Shown here piece by piece: positions 50,692 through 62,452 of a stretch of DNA of 64,000 bases (its first letter is position 1; each line of letters starts with the position of its first letter). The notes below the pieces were generated by a model. That model was not told the DNA's origin, did not search any database, and was given only the letters and a program-made list of their open reading frames with translations. Made by a program: the position numbers and the translations under genes. Source of the DNA: Planctomycetota bacterium. Its GTDB lineage: Bacteria > Planctomycetota > Brocadiia > CAIUPP01. The DNA is taken from positions 104,253 to 168,252 of the forward strand of contig JAKJEM010000001.1 of NCBI GenBank assembly GCA_022705425.1, read 5' to 3'.

Positions 50692-51471
50692 GGTCTGCCG
50701 CCTTCGGGCAAAGCTATGCGTCACGCTAAGGCTTTTCCACTCTCCGCAAGGAAGATAACAGAGGCGAAGCAGCACAGTCAAGAAGTTCACAACCCCCTTT
50801 CGTATGCAGACACTTGGAAGGAGACCGGGGGGGGGCAGCAGGGCATGAGGCAGGGCGGGGACCGACTTGACCACGGTTTGAGATTGTGCTTGCACCGTCC
50901 GTCACGGTAGTCCCACTTGCCTGCGCGCAAGGCGAATCCGTGGCTCGATCAGAACCGAGAATGACACCTGAGCATTCTCGGGGCAGTAGAACAACGCCAA
51001 TGTGTGTGTGGGTAAGTGCAAGCCACCGTGACACTTACAACACCCTTCATCCGCGATTTACCGGCAAAAGCTAGCCAAGCGACCCACCGGGACTCTATAA
51101 CTAAGACACCCAGGCACGGCGCAACGGTCGCGCCGCATGAGAGGGAAACCCTCATGGATGGACGTGGATTGTGGAAACCCTCATGGATGGTCGGGTGAAC
51201 AGACAGGCGAAAGGCAGGCCCTCAGCTTCGGGCTTGCCACCGGAGAAGCGCCGATGCCGGGCGACGTGCAAGGCGACAGGGAAGGGGCGCAGTCGTTGGC
51301 TACCCCAACCGGCAAAGTTCGGGGACAGCTACGCATGGCAACAGGCCGACTTGGACCGCCTCAGGAGTCTGCCCGTCCGAAGAGGACGCGGGCCGAAGGA
51401 CCGCGAAAAGGGGCGAGGCCATGCCTGACGCGCGTACACCCTTGCCGCAAGTCTCCAGCGACACGGCGCTG

Positions 51472-51672
51472 ATGACCGTGAACGATGTCGCTCGCGTCTT
51501 GGGATGCTCTGTGTCCCACATCTGGCGTTGCCATTCCGCCAACTTGATTCCTGCCCCGGTTCACCTGCTGCGGTTGACCCGGTGGCGGAAATCAGAGATA
51601 GACGATTGGGTGTTGGCCGGTTGCCCGCCTCGTGGAAAATGGTCGTGGGCGCGGGATGGGAGGCGTCCGTGA
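51472..51672 (+). CDS. AlpA-family (prophage CP4-57 regulator-like) HTH transcriptional regulator
   Basis: MTVNDVARVLGCSVSHIWRC...IPAPVHLLRLTRWRKSEIDDWV matches the AlpA pattern (...Rxs.iyR....FP.Pi.lg.r.vaWresdIdaWi). Located near the integrase. Confidence 0.55.
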   Translation: MTVNDVARVLGCSVSHIWRCHSANLIPAPVHLLRLTRWRKSEIDDWVLAGCPPRGKWSWARDGRRP

Positions 51673-51902
51673 TGCACTTCCTCTTGCAGCGCGTGTGGCA
51701 TGGCCGACTGCTGTCCGACCCCGACTATCTTGTGCGGCCGCCCGAGGCACGCAGCGTCCATGCGGACCGGCGTTGGTTCGCAGGAAGGAAAGGTGCGGAC
51801 AGCGACACGGGCATGATCCCTGCGGAACTCGTAGGGTGGCACGGTCGCTGCCCGCGTCGCGTCGCGTCAAGACTGCTCTCGATCTGCCGCGAGACAAACA
51901 GA

Positions 51903-52345
51903 TGATTGACGTGAGGTCGGAGGACGGGAAGGCCACAATCCCGCGATGGTCGGAAGCGCAGAAGACCCGCGCCGACGCTATGCGGCGCGCATATCGGGAG
52001 CGGCAGAAGAACGGCAACAGTGACGTATCTGCGGCGCGACATGTTGCGGGGAAAGTGTACGCGGGAGTCCTGACGCGCCGGGCCGACGGTGGAAGCACGA
52101 ACGCCGACACGGCGGCGGGGCGGGTGGTCTGGGCGGACTTCGACGGGACGGACCCGCGCGAAGCCTTGCGGCGAACAACGGCTGGCCTTCCGGCAGGGGA
52201 TCGGACACCCCGAGTTCGTCGAGTTGGGTGTCAGTGCGCCGAAGCGGAAGGCACAGGCGGACGATTCCGGCCACAGGACGCGGGGATGACGATGGGCTTC
52301 TGCGCGTCCGATAATGTCGCTTATGTAGAAGTGAGCGGAATATAG
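51903..52345 (+). CDS. hypothetical small protein (uncertain)
   Basis: ATG ORF MIDVRSEDGKATIPRWSEAQ... has moderately GC-rich third-codon positions and lies between the alpA-like and xis-like genes. It overlaps antisense ORFs. Low support. Confidence 0.25.
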
Positions 52346-52439
52346 CGGAATATAACGGGGCCCGGCCTTGACAAGGCCGTCGCGATAAGCTATGCTTATC
52401 GCGACGGCGCAGGGAAGGCCAGAGCAGAAAGGGAAGAAC

Positions 52440-52868
52440 ATGGCAAGACGACGGAAGACGCTGCGCAAGGGGGGGCGCGCTGTGGTGCTGCCGGGGCAGG
52501 CCGCCACGGGGGCGTTGTTCCAAGAGACCGCTCCGACGCAACCGGCATTGCCGCCGGGCGTCATAGACTTGGGGGGGGAGCGGTTCTACACGGCGCAAGG
52601 GCTGGCGCATGTCCTGGGCTTGCACGAGAAGACAATCCGGCGCTACCATGCCGACGGCCTGTTGCACGGGAACCGGATCGGGACCGGCGGCGGGCGCTTG
52701 GTGATCTTCTCGCAAGCGGCGGTGCGGGCCTTCCTGACCGGCATTCCCGACACGAGCGCCGGGGGGCGCGCCACGACCCCCGGAACGGGTGAAAGCACCA
52801 TTCCAAGGCGCGCGGACACCGGGACCGGCCCGGTGGCCGTCGGCGGCGCGGTACCGCCCACAAAGTGA
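52440..52868 (+). CDS. excisionase-like / MerR-type HTH DNA-binding protein
   Basis: AGGGAAG RBS. ...FYTAQGLAHVLGLHEKTIRRYHADGLLHGNRIGTGGGRLVIFSQAAVRAFL is typical of the Xis/HTH_17 family. Directly upstream of the integrase. Confidence 0.5.
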   Translation: MARRRKTLRKGGRAVVLPGQAATGALFQETAPTQPALPPGVIDLGGERFYTAQGLAHVLGLHEKTIRRYHADGLLHGNRIGTGGGRLVIFSQAAVRAFLTGIPDTSAGGRATTPGTGESTIPRRADTGTGPVAVGGAVPPTK

Positions 52869-52889
52869 ACCTAAAGCGAAGGAGCGGCC

Positions 52890-54407
52890 ATGCGGGTCTT
52901 TCGACAGAGGTACACGAGCGGGGACGGGCAGACGCGGGAATCGGGGCTGTGGTATGTCTCCGTCCGCGAGTATCGCGCGCGGCAGACGTTCAAGCCGGAG
53001 GGCGCGGCGAGGCCGCCCCGGCCCCGCGAGTGGCGAATACCGGCCTTCTCTGACAGGCGGGTGACGGAGCAGTTCGGGGAGCGGCTGCAACGGCTGGTGG
53101 ACTGCCGCGCCGGCGGCGAGACGCCCGACCGCGAGTTGACGGCCTGGCTTGAGAAGCTGCCGGACGTGATCCGGCAGAGGATCGAGCGGATCGGTCTCTT
53201 GGACGCGCGGCGCGTGGCGGCGGCGAAGCCGCTGGCGGCTCACCTGGAGGACTTCGATGCGGCGCTTCACGCGAAGGGGGGGACCGGAGATCATGCGCGC
53301 AAGACCGCCGCGCGGGCGCGGGCAGTTCTCGAGGGCTGCGGCTTCGTCCGATGGAGCGATATCGCCCCGGCGCGTGTCGAGGTCTTCCTGGCCGGTGAAC
53401 GCCGCTCCAGGGGCGAGGGCAAGCCGGGCGTGAGCATCCAGACAAGCAACTACTACCTGGGGGCCTTCAAGCAGTTCTGCAAGTGGATGGTGACGGAGCG
53501 ACGGGCGAGTGAATCGCCCGTGGCGCACCTGAAGAAGCTGAATGCGGCAACCGACCGACGCAGGAAGCGGCGCGCGCTGTCTGTCGAGGAGTGCCGAAAG
53601 CTGATCGCGGCGGCGCGCAACGGGGTGCCGGTGGCGGGGATGCCCGGCCCGGATCGGGCGATGCTCTACCGCCTGGCCCTTGAGACGGGCTTGCGGTGGA
53701 ATGAACTGCGGACGCTGGCGCGCGGGTGCTTCGCCTTGGATGCCGTGCCGCAGAGCGTGACGGTAAAGGCGGGATATTCGAAGCATCGGCGCGAAGACGT
53801 GATCCCGCTTCGGCCAGAAACGGCGGAGGCGATGCGCGCGTACCTGGGGAACCGCCTGCCGGATACCCCGGCCTTCCCGATGCCTGCATCGGACTACGGC
53901 GCGGAAATGATCGCGCGCGACCTGGCGGCGGCGGGGCTGGCCGTGGAAGACGACGCGGGCAACGTGGCGGACTTCCACGCGCTGCGTCACACCTTCATCA
54001 CGAACCTGGTCAACGGCGGAGTGCTGCCGAAGACGGCACAGGCGCTGGCCCGGCATTCTTCGATTACGCTGACGATGGATCGCTACACGCACCTGACCGT
54101 CGCTTCGCAGACGGCGGCGCTTGACGCGCTGCCGAATCTCTCCCCGCCAGAGGCGACGGCGGCACGCGCGACGGGGACGGATGATGCGAGTGTCTTACCG
54201 CCGTACTTACCGCCGAACATGCGGCAAGAGGGGTTTTCGGGCGACGCGCTGACACAAACAGCGACGCGCGCGACGGAGGGGGCGAATGTGGAGAAAGCCG
54301 CGCCAGCATTGGGAAAGCCGCGCCCGGCAACGGATTCGAGAAGGTGGGCCCTGCTGGATTCGAACCAGCGACCAAGGGATTATGAGTCCCCCGCTCTGAC
54401 CAACTGA
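52890..54407 (+). CDS. int: tyrosine-type site-specific recombinase (phage integrase family)
   Basis: AAGGAG RBS. C-terminal catalytic region ...LRWNELRTLARG...FHALRHTFITNLVNGGVLPKTAQALARHSSITLTMDRYTHL contains the R...HxxR...Y tetrad. The 3' end overlaps the tRNA-Met gene and attR repeat. Confidence 0.85.
   Translation: MRVFRQRYTSGDGQTRESGLWYVSVREYRARQTFKPEGAARPPRPREWRIPAFSDRRVTEQFGERLQRLVDCRAGGETPDRELTAWLEKLPDVIRQRIERIGLLDARRVAAAKPLAAHLEDFDAALHAKGGTGDHARKTAARARAVLEGCGFVRWSDIAPARVEVFLAGERRSRGEGKPGVSIQTSNYYLGAFKQFCKWMVTERRASESPVAHLKKLNAATDRRRKRRALSVEECRKLIAAARNGVPVAGMPGPDRAMLYRLALETGLRWNELRTLARGCFALDAVPQSVTVKAGYSKHRREDVIPLRPETAEAMRAYLGNRLPDTPAFPMPASDYGAEMIARDLAAAGLAVEDDAGNVADFHALRHTFITNLVNGGVLPKTAQALARHSSITLTMDRYTHLTVASQTAALDALPNLSPPEATAARATGTDDASVLPPYLPPNMRQEGFSGDALTQTATRATEGANVEKAAPALGKPRPATDSRRWALLDSNQRPRDYESPALTN
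54338..54392. repeat. 55-bp direct repeat, right copy (attR-like), lying within the 3' part of the intact tRNA-Met
   Basis: Identical to 20898-20952. Confidence 0.7.
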
Positions 54408-54418
54408 GCTAAGGGCCC
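54343..54418 (-). tRNA. tRNA-Met (anticodon CAT; elongator-type, or possibly tRNA-Ile2/lysidine)
   Basis: The minus-strand sequence GGGCCCTTAGCTCAGTTGGTCAGAGCGGGGGACTCATAATCCCTTGGTCGCTGGTTCGAATCCAGCAGGGCCCACC folds as a cloverleaf. It has a 7-bp acceptor stem, a D-arm GCTC/GAGC, the anticodon loop CTCATAA, and a T-arm GCTGG-TTCGAAT-CCAGC. CCA is not fully encoded. Confidence 0.85.
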
Positions 54419-54665
54419 GACCCGACGACATCATAACGTCGCCGCCCGGCTTTTTCCACGAATGGAAGGCGTGGCGTGCAGTGCCTCAGTCTCGTGCTGA
54501 ATGCTTGCGAGGCGGTCTGAAGAGGATGTCTGCGATAGCGCGTGGCGTGGACTTGCGCCGCGGGGCGCGATACAATGCCGCACTGGAACGGGTTCGCCGG
54601 GCGCACGATGCCGCTTCGGCGGCGCAGCGGGCGGGGCCGGCGGGGGTTTTCGCAGGAAGGCGCGC

Positions 54666-57650
<2,985 letters not shown>

Positions 57651-57743
57651 GCCGCTGGAGGTGTCCGCGCGCCCCGGTTGCCCTTTGCCGCCGGATGCTC
57701 TATGCTCCAGGCGCCCGCCCTGTGACCTGGTGAGGGAGATGAC

Positions 57744-59159
57744 ATGGATTCGCGACCGAACTTCCTCGTACTAATGACCGACCAGCAGCGCGGCGATTGT
57801 CTGGGCATCGAGGGGCACCCGGTCCTGATGACCCCAAACATGGACCATATCGCCGGGGCCGGCGTCCGCTTTGCCCGGTGCTACTCGACCTGTCCCTCCT
57901 GCATTGCGGCGCGCCGGTCCCTCCTTTCCGGTCAGTTCCCTTCCACGCACGGGATGATGGGCTATCGCGACAAGGTCGAATGGGACGCCCCGCCCACCCT
58001 TCCCGGTGTGCTGCGCCAGGCCGGCTACCAGACGTGTATCGTCGGGCGCAACATGCACCAGTTCCCGCCCCGCAAGCGCTACGGCTTCGACCACATGGTC
58101 ATCCACGGCCTGGAGAACTCCGACTACGACGAATGGCTGGCGCGCGTGGCGCCGCCGGGCGCCGGCGGCTATTACGGCGCCGGAGTGATGCACAACGACT
58201 GGACGGCCCGCCCCTGGCACATGGAAGAGTCCTTCCACCAGACGAACTGGACGGTGAACGAAGCCCTCAACTTCCTGCGCAAGCGCGATCCGTCTGTGCC
58301 CTTCTTCCTGGTCGTCTCCTTCATCGCCCCCCATCCGCCGCTGATTCCCCCCGCCTTCTACCTGGAACGCTACCTGCGCCTCACCCTGCCCGAGCCGGTG
58401 GTGGGGGACTGGGCCGCGCCGCCGCCGCACGGCGGCCTCGGCGACGACGTCTCCGCCGCCCGGGTCCACCTCCGGGGCGAGGCGCTGCGCTCCTGCCTGG
58501 CCGGATACTACGGCCTCATCAACCACGTGGACGACCAGATCCGCCGCCTGCTCAACCCCGTCAACGGCATCCAGCGCGAGACCGGCGCGAACACCGTCGT
58601 TCTGCTGACCAGCGACCACGGCGAGATGCTGGGCGACCACCACCTCTTCCGCAAGAGCCTGCCCTATGAAGGGGCGGCGCGCATTCCCCTGCTGCTTTCC
58701 GCTCCGGCGCGCTTCGGGATCAAGCCGCGAACGGTGTGCGACCAGCCCGTCTGCCTCGAGGACATCATGCCCACCCTCCTCGACATGGCCGGCGCGCCCA
58801 CCCCCGCGACGGTCGAAGGGCGCAGTCTGCTGCCGCTGATGCGCGGAGAGGCTCCCCCGTGGCGACCCTGGCTGCACATCGAGCACTCCCCCTCGCACCA
58901 CTGCCTCACCGACGGGCGGGAGAAATATGTCTGGTTCGTCCCCGACGGGCGCGAGCAGTTCTTCGACCTCACCACCGACCCCCACGAACGGCGCGACCTC
59001 GCCGCCGACCCGCGCGCCGCCGCCCGCCTGGCCGAGTGGCGACGGAGGATGGTCGAGGAACTGCGCCCGCGGCCCGAAGGCTTCAGCGACGGCGTCCGCC
59101 TCATCCCCGGACGCCCCTATCCTGCCGTGCGCGACACCCGCCCGGCGCCAGGGGCTTAG
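57744..59159 (+). CDS. sulfatase family protein (arylsulfatase-like)
   Basis: LVLMTDQQRGDCLG...STCPSCIAARRSLLSGQFPSTHGM...LLTSDHGEMLGDHHLFRKS is a typical sulfatase N-domain. It is adjacent to an FGE gene. Confidence 0.8.
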   Translation: MDSRPNFLVLMTDQQRGDCLGIEGHPVLMTPNMDHIAGAGVRFARCYSTCPSCIAARRSLLSGQFPSTHGMMGYRDKVEWDAPPTLPGVLRQAGYQTCIVGRNMHQFPPRKRYGFDHMVIHGLENSDYDEWLARVAPPGAGGYYGAGVMHNDWTARPWHMEESFHQTNWTVNEALNFLRKRDPSVPFFLVVSFIAPHPPLIPPAFYLERYLRLTLPEPVVGDWAAPPPHGGLGDDVSAARVHLRGEALRSCLAGYYGLINHVDDQIRRLLNPVNGIQRETGANTVVLLTSDHGEMLGDHHLFRKSLPYEGAARIPLLLSAPARFGIKPRTVCDQPVCLEDIMPTLLDMAGAPTPATVEGRSLLPLMRGEAPPWRPWLHIEHSPSHHCLTDGREKYVWFVPDGREQFFDLTTDPHERRDLAADPRAAARLAEWRRRMVEELRPRPEGFSDGVRLIPGRPYPAVRDTRPAPGA

Positions 59160-59162
59160 CCC

Positions 59163-60002
59163 ATGCCGCCCCCCCTGCATGGTTTTCCCTTTGCCGTCCT
59201 GCCCCAGGTGCGCTCGGTGGGGCTCACCGTCTTCCGCCCGGTCTGGGCGCGCGAAGTCCACACCACCGCAACCTGCGAGATGCTCCATGTCGTCAGCGGG
59301 CGCATGGAACTTGCCCTGGGGCGACGCCGCTTCCGCGCTGCGCCCGGCGACACCCTCCTCATCCCCGCCCGCACCCCCCATCGCGACATCTACGACCTCG
59401 CCGCGGGCCTCAAGGTCTTCATGATCTTCTTCACCTGGGCGCCCGACCAAGCCTTCCACCGGATTGTGGACAACACCGTCCTTCAAGCCATGCCGGGGCA
59501 CCGCCAGGCGGAGATCGCGCGCATCATAGACCGGCTGCGCCACGACGTCGTCGGCGACACCCCCGCCGATCAGGCCGTGGCCTCCTCCCGCGTCCATACC
59601 ATCCTGCTCATCATGCTCCGCGAGGCCCTGCTGCCGCGCCGGCGGACCATCCCGCCCGTTTCCGCCGCCCAGGAGCGCCGTCGCGCCCTCGTGGCCCGCG
59701 CCCGGCGCTACGTCGAGGAGAACTACCACCGCCCCATCTCCCTCGACGACATCGCCCGCGCCCTGGACCTCAGCGCCTTCTACCTCTCCCATCTCTTCAG
59801 CGAGGAGAGCGACTTCACCCTCTTCCACTACCTGACCGTCCTGCGCATGGACAAGGCCAAGGCGCTTCTGGCCTCCGGCCTCAAGGTCGCCGCCGTCGCC
59901 CGGCGCGTCGGCTACGAAGACGGCAGCTACTTCGCGCGCGTCTTCCGCAAATACGCCGGCCTCACCCCCGCCGAATATCGTCGCCGAAAGGGGCGGGGAT
60001 AG
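59163..60002 (+). CDS. AraC-family transcriptional regulator (cupin N-domain plus HTH_AraC)
   Basis: C-terminus ...ISLDDIARALDLSAFYLSHLFSEESDFTLFHYLTVLRMDKAKALL...VAAVARRVGYEDGSYFARVFRKYAGLTPAEYRR. Confidence 0.8.
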   Translation: MPPPLHGFPFAVLPQVRSVGLTVFRPVWAREVHTTATCEMLHVVSGRMELALGRRRFRAAPGDTLLIPARTPHRDIYDLAAGLKVFMIFFTWAPDQAFHRIVDNTVLQAMPGHRQAEIARIIDRLRHDVVGDTPADQAVASSRVHTILLIMLREALLPRRRTIPPVSAAQERRRALVARARRYVEENYHRPISLDDIARALDLSAFYLSHLFSEESDFTLFHYLTVLRMDKAKALLASGLKVAAVARRVGYEDGSYFARVFRKYAGLTPAEYRRRKGRG

Positions 60003-60111
60003 CCGGCCCTCTCCGGCGTGCCGGGCTGAAGCCGCCGCCGGCGGCTTGACAGAAGGGCCTGTCCCGCCTAGACTAACCGCATTACGGCCCTTCCAGTCCC
60101 TGGAGAGTGTC

Positions 60112-61179
60112 ATGGCGCGCATGTCCAAGAGCGCATCTAAAGGCGGCCCCGGTTTCTACGGTCTGATCGTCTTCATCGTCCTTTCCGTGCTGCTCCTGGG
60201 CGGCTATGGGCTGCTGGTGCCCGGTTTCGCCAAGCGCGGCAGCTCGCTCAACCAGTTGCACAAGGACATCAAGGACAACCTGGAAGACAAGCTCAGTCAG
60301 CCCCTCGGCATTCGCGCGCAGGCCGTCGCCAGCGCCTCCGACGCCGCCTACGACGCGGCCTTCTTCGCCAAGGTCGGCGAGTCCGCCCTCAAGGGTGTGC
60401 GCTACGACGACCTCCGCAAGACGGTCGGCTACGTCAGCGACGACCCGATCGCCGAGATCAAGCAGGAACTGGCCGCCCAGACGCCCGCCCAGGAGGACCT
60501 GCGCGCGCACGTCAACAAGCTGAAGGCCGACTTCCAGTTCGAGAAGAACCGCGCCGACACGGCGGACATCAACCGCAAGCAGGCGGAGAAGGCGCGCGAC
60601 GACGCGCAGCAGGCCCTCAAACAGGCCACGGACCGCTACGCCAGCGACCTGGCCGCCGCCGAGAAGGCCAAGCAGGAGCTTATTGCCAAGCAGACGGCGG
60701 CCTTGGAAGAGGCGAAGAAGCGCTGGATGGCCCTCGACGCCGACGTGAAGAAGGGGATCGCCGAAAAGGATGCGATGGCTGCCGGCTTCAAGAAGCAGAT
60801 CGAGGATCTTGAAGGGCGCATCGTTAAGCTCGATGCCACGGCCATGAGCCTGCGCGAGGAACTGGAGCGGAAGAAGCCCGTCGAGGTCCCCACGCTCGAA
60901 GGCAAGATCCTCCAGGTGAACCTGGTGGACGGGGTGGCGGTGATCGGCATCGGGCGGCGCGAGGGCGTCAAGCTCGGCGAGAAGTTCGACGTCATGCGCG
61001 TGGGGCGCGGCGGCCAGCGCGAGAAGAAGGGCGAAATCCAGATCGTTCGCGTGGACGAGTTGATCGCGCGCGCCGACGTCCTTCAGCCGAACCTGGACGA
61101 CCCGATCATGCGCGAGGACCCCGTCGTCCGGCAGAAGCGCATGATTGACCCCGAGGAACTGGCCCGGGAGCGCAAGTAG
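60112..61179 (+). CDS. hypothetical membrane-anchored coiled-coil protein
   Basis: GGAGAG RBS. N-terminal TM (FYGLIVFIVLSVLLLGGYGLLV). The remainder has high coiled-coil propensity. Confidence 0.5.
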   Translation: MARMSKSASKGGPGFYGLIVFIVLSVLLLGGYGLLVPGFAKRGSSLNQLHKDIKDNLEDKLSQPLGIRAQAVASASDAAYDAAFFAKVGESALKGVRYDDLRKTVGYVSDDPIAEIKQELAAQTPAQEDLRAHVNKLKADFQFEKNRADTADINRKQAEKARDDAQQALKQATDRYASDLAAAEKAKQELIAKQTAALEEAKKRWMALDADVKKGIAEKDAMAAGFKKQIEDLEGRIVKLDATAMSLREELERKKPVEVPTLEGKILQVNLVDGVAVIGIGRREGVKLGEKFDVMRVGRGGQREKKGEIQIVRVDELIARADVLQPNLDDPIMREDPVVRQKRMIDPEELARERK

Positions 61180-61183
61180 TCGC

Positions 61184-62452
61184 TCACGCTTCCGGCGGTT
61201 TCGCCCGGCGCGCCCGCAGTGCCGTCCACGCCGTCACCATCCCCAGCGCCGCACAGGGCAGCAGCAGCGGCATCAGCGGCTCGCGGTAGCGCAACATCGC
61301 CAGGAAAACGGTGTGGATGGCCGTGGTGTAGAGGATCAGCGCATCCGCCAGCAAAACGCCCGGCCATGCCGCGCCCGCTTCGCGATGGAGCCGCCACAGT
61401 CCCAGAAGCATGAAGGGAAAGAGGGGCACGTAGGCCAGCGCGTAGATCAGCGCGTGCGACCGCGACACGAACTCGGGGTTCGGGTAGAAGCGCCAAAGGG
61501 TCAGGAAGCGTCGCGCCATCAACTGCGCCGCCTCGCCGGGGTGTTCCAGAAGGTAATCGCGCGCCGTGCGCATCAGCCGCCGGTTCATCTCCACCTCGTC
61601 CAGTCGTTCCTCCGGGTGTGTCTTGACGAAGGACCAGTCCTTCGGGATGTGGAATCCGCGCGGGTCGGCCAGGGAACGCGCGTTGTTCGCCACATAGAAG
61701 CCGTGGCCGGCGTCGGTGGTCGTCGGCACGAAGGCGCGCAGGACGACGGCGTTGCGCACGATCCAGGGGAGCATGGCAAGTGTGACGACGGCGGTGAAGA
61801 GGGCGGCCATGCCCCAGGCGCGGCGTCCGCGCCCGCAGGCCCACCACACCCACAACGCCATCAGCGGCAGGAATCCCGCCAGCATCGAGCGCGTCAGCGT
61901 GGCCAGCCCCGCCGCCGCTCCCCCGAGCGCCGCCCAGCGCCACGCCCCCGTGCGGGCCAGCCGCACCAGGGCGTACACGGCCGCCATGGACAGGAAGATG
62001 AACATCGGCTCCGTCATCAGGTGGACGCTGTGCCAGATCAACGGAGGATAGAGCGCGCAGAGCAGCCCGCCGAGCAGCGCCACGGCGCGGCGGCCGGTCA
62101 GTTCGAGCGCCAGGAGGAAGGCCAGGGCGCAGGTGGCCGCGCCCAGTGCGGCAAAGATCGCGCGTACGGGCGCGTAGGCGCCCCCCGTGATGTCGTAAAT
62201 GCACCCCCACAGGAAGGGAAAGAGCGGGGGGCGGAAGGCATAAGCCCGCTCCAGGCCAAGGGCGGGGTCGTCGTAGGGATTCGGCATCCAGAAACCGCGA
62301 CCGGCGGAAAGATTCTCGGCATACACTCGGTAGGGCTGATCCCAGAAGACGCTGTCGTCGGCCGGCAGCGCCAGCGCCAGGCCCAGCCGCAGCAGCAACG
62401 CCAGACCGAAGACGAGCCCCATGTCCATCCACCGCTGGCGGCGGTCGGTCAT
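61184..62452 (-). CDS. GT-C fold membrane glycosyltransferase (ArnT/PMT, GT39/GT83-like)
   Basis: Multi-TM protein. N-terminal loop ...ALALPADDSVFWDQPYRVYAENL...AYAFRPPLFPFL... resembles 4-amino-4-deoxy-L-arabinose / mannosyltransferase family proteins. Confidence 0.6.
   Translation of the reverse strand: MTDRRQRWMDMGLVFGLALLLRLGLALALPADDSVFWDQPYRVYAENLSAGRGFWMPNPYDDPALGLERAYAFRPPLFPFLWGCIYDITGGAYAPVRAIFAALGAATCALAFLLALELTGRRAVALLGGLLCALYPPLIWHSVHLMTEPMFIFLSMAAVYALVRLARTGAWRWAALGGAAAGLATLTRSMLAGFLPLMALWVWWACGRGRRAWGMAALFTAVVTLAMLPWIVRNAVVLRAFVPTTTDAGHGFYVANNARSLADPRGFHIPKDWSFVKTHPEERLDEVEMNRRLMRTARDYLLEHPGEAAQLMARRFLTLWRFYPNPEFVSRSHALIYALAYVPLFPFMLLGLWRLHREAGAAWPGVLLADALILYTTAIHTVFLAMLRYREPLMPLLLPCAALGMVTAWTALRARRAKPPEA

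Larger units (their letters stand above)
20953..54337. mobile_element. about 33.4-kb integrated genomic island (defence island) inserted at tRNA-Met
   Basis: Bounded by 55-bp direct repeats of the tRNA 3' end. A tyrosine integrase, Xis-like and AlpA-like genes sit at the tRNA-proximal end. The cargo is a DISARM-like operon, a toxin-antitoxin pair, type III CRISPR-Cas and an IS3 remnant. Local GC dips occur in the cargo. Confidence 0.65.

Noticed and set aside
57744-59159. Calling the sulfatase a Ser-type or Cys-type sulfatase from the motif
   Set aside because: The signature region (STCPSCIAARRSL) cannot be assigned unambiguously by eye. An alignment is needed before claiming the FGly target residue.
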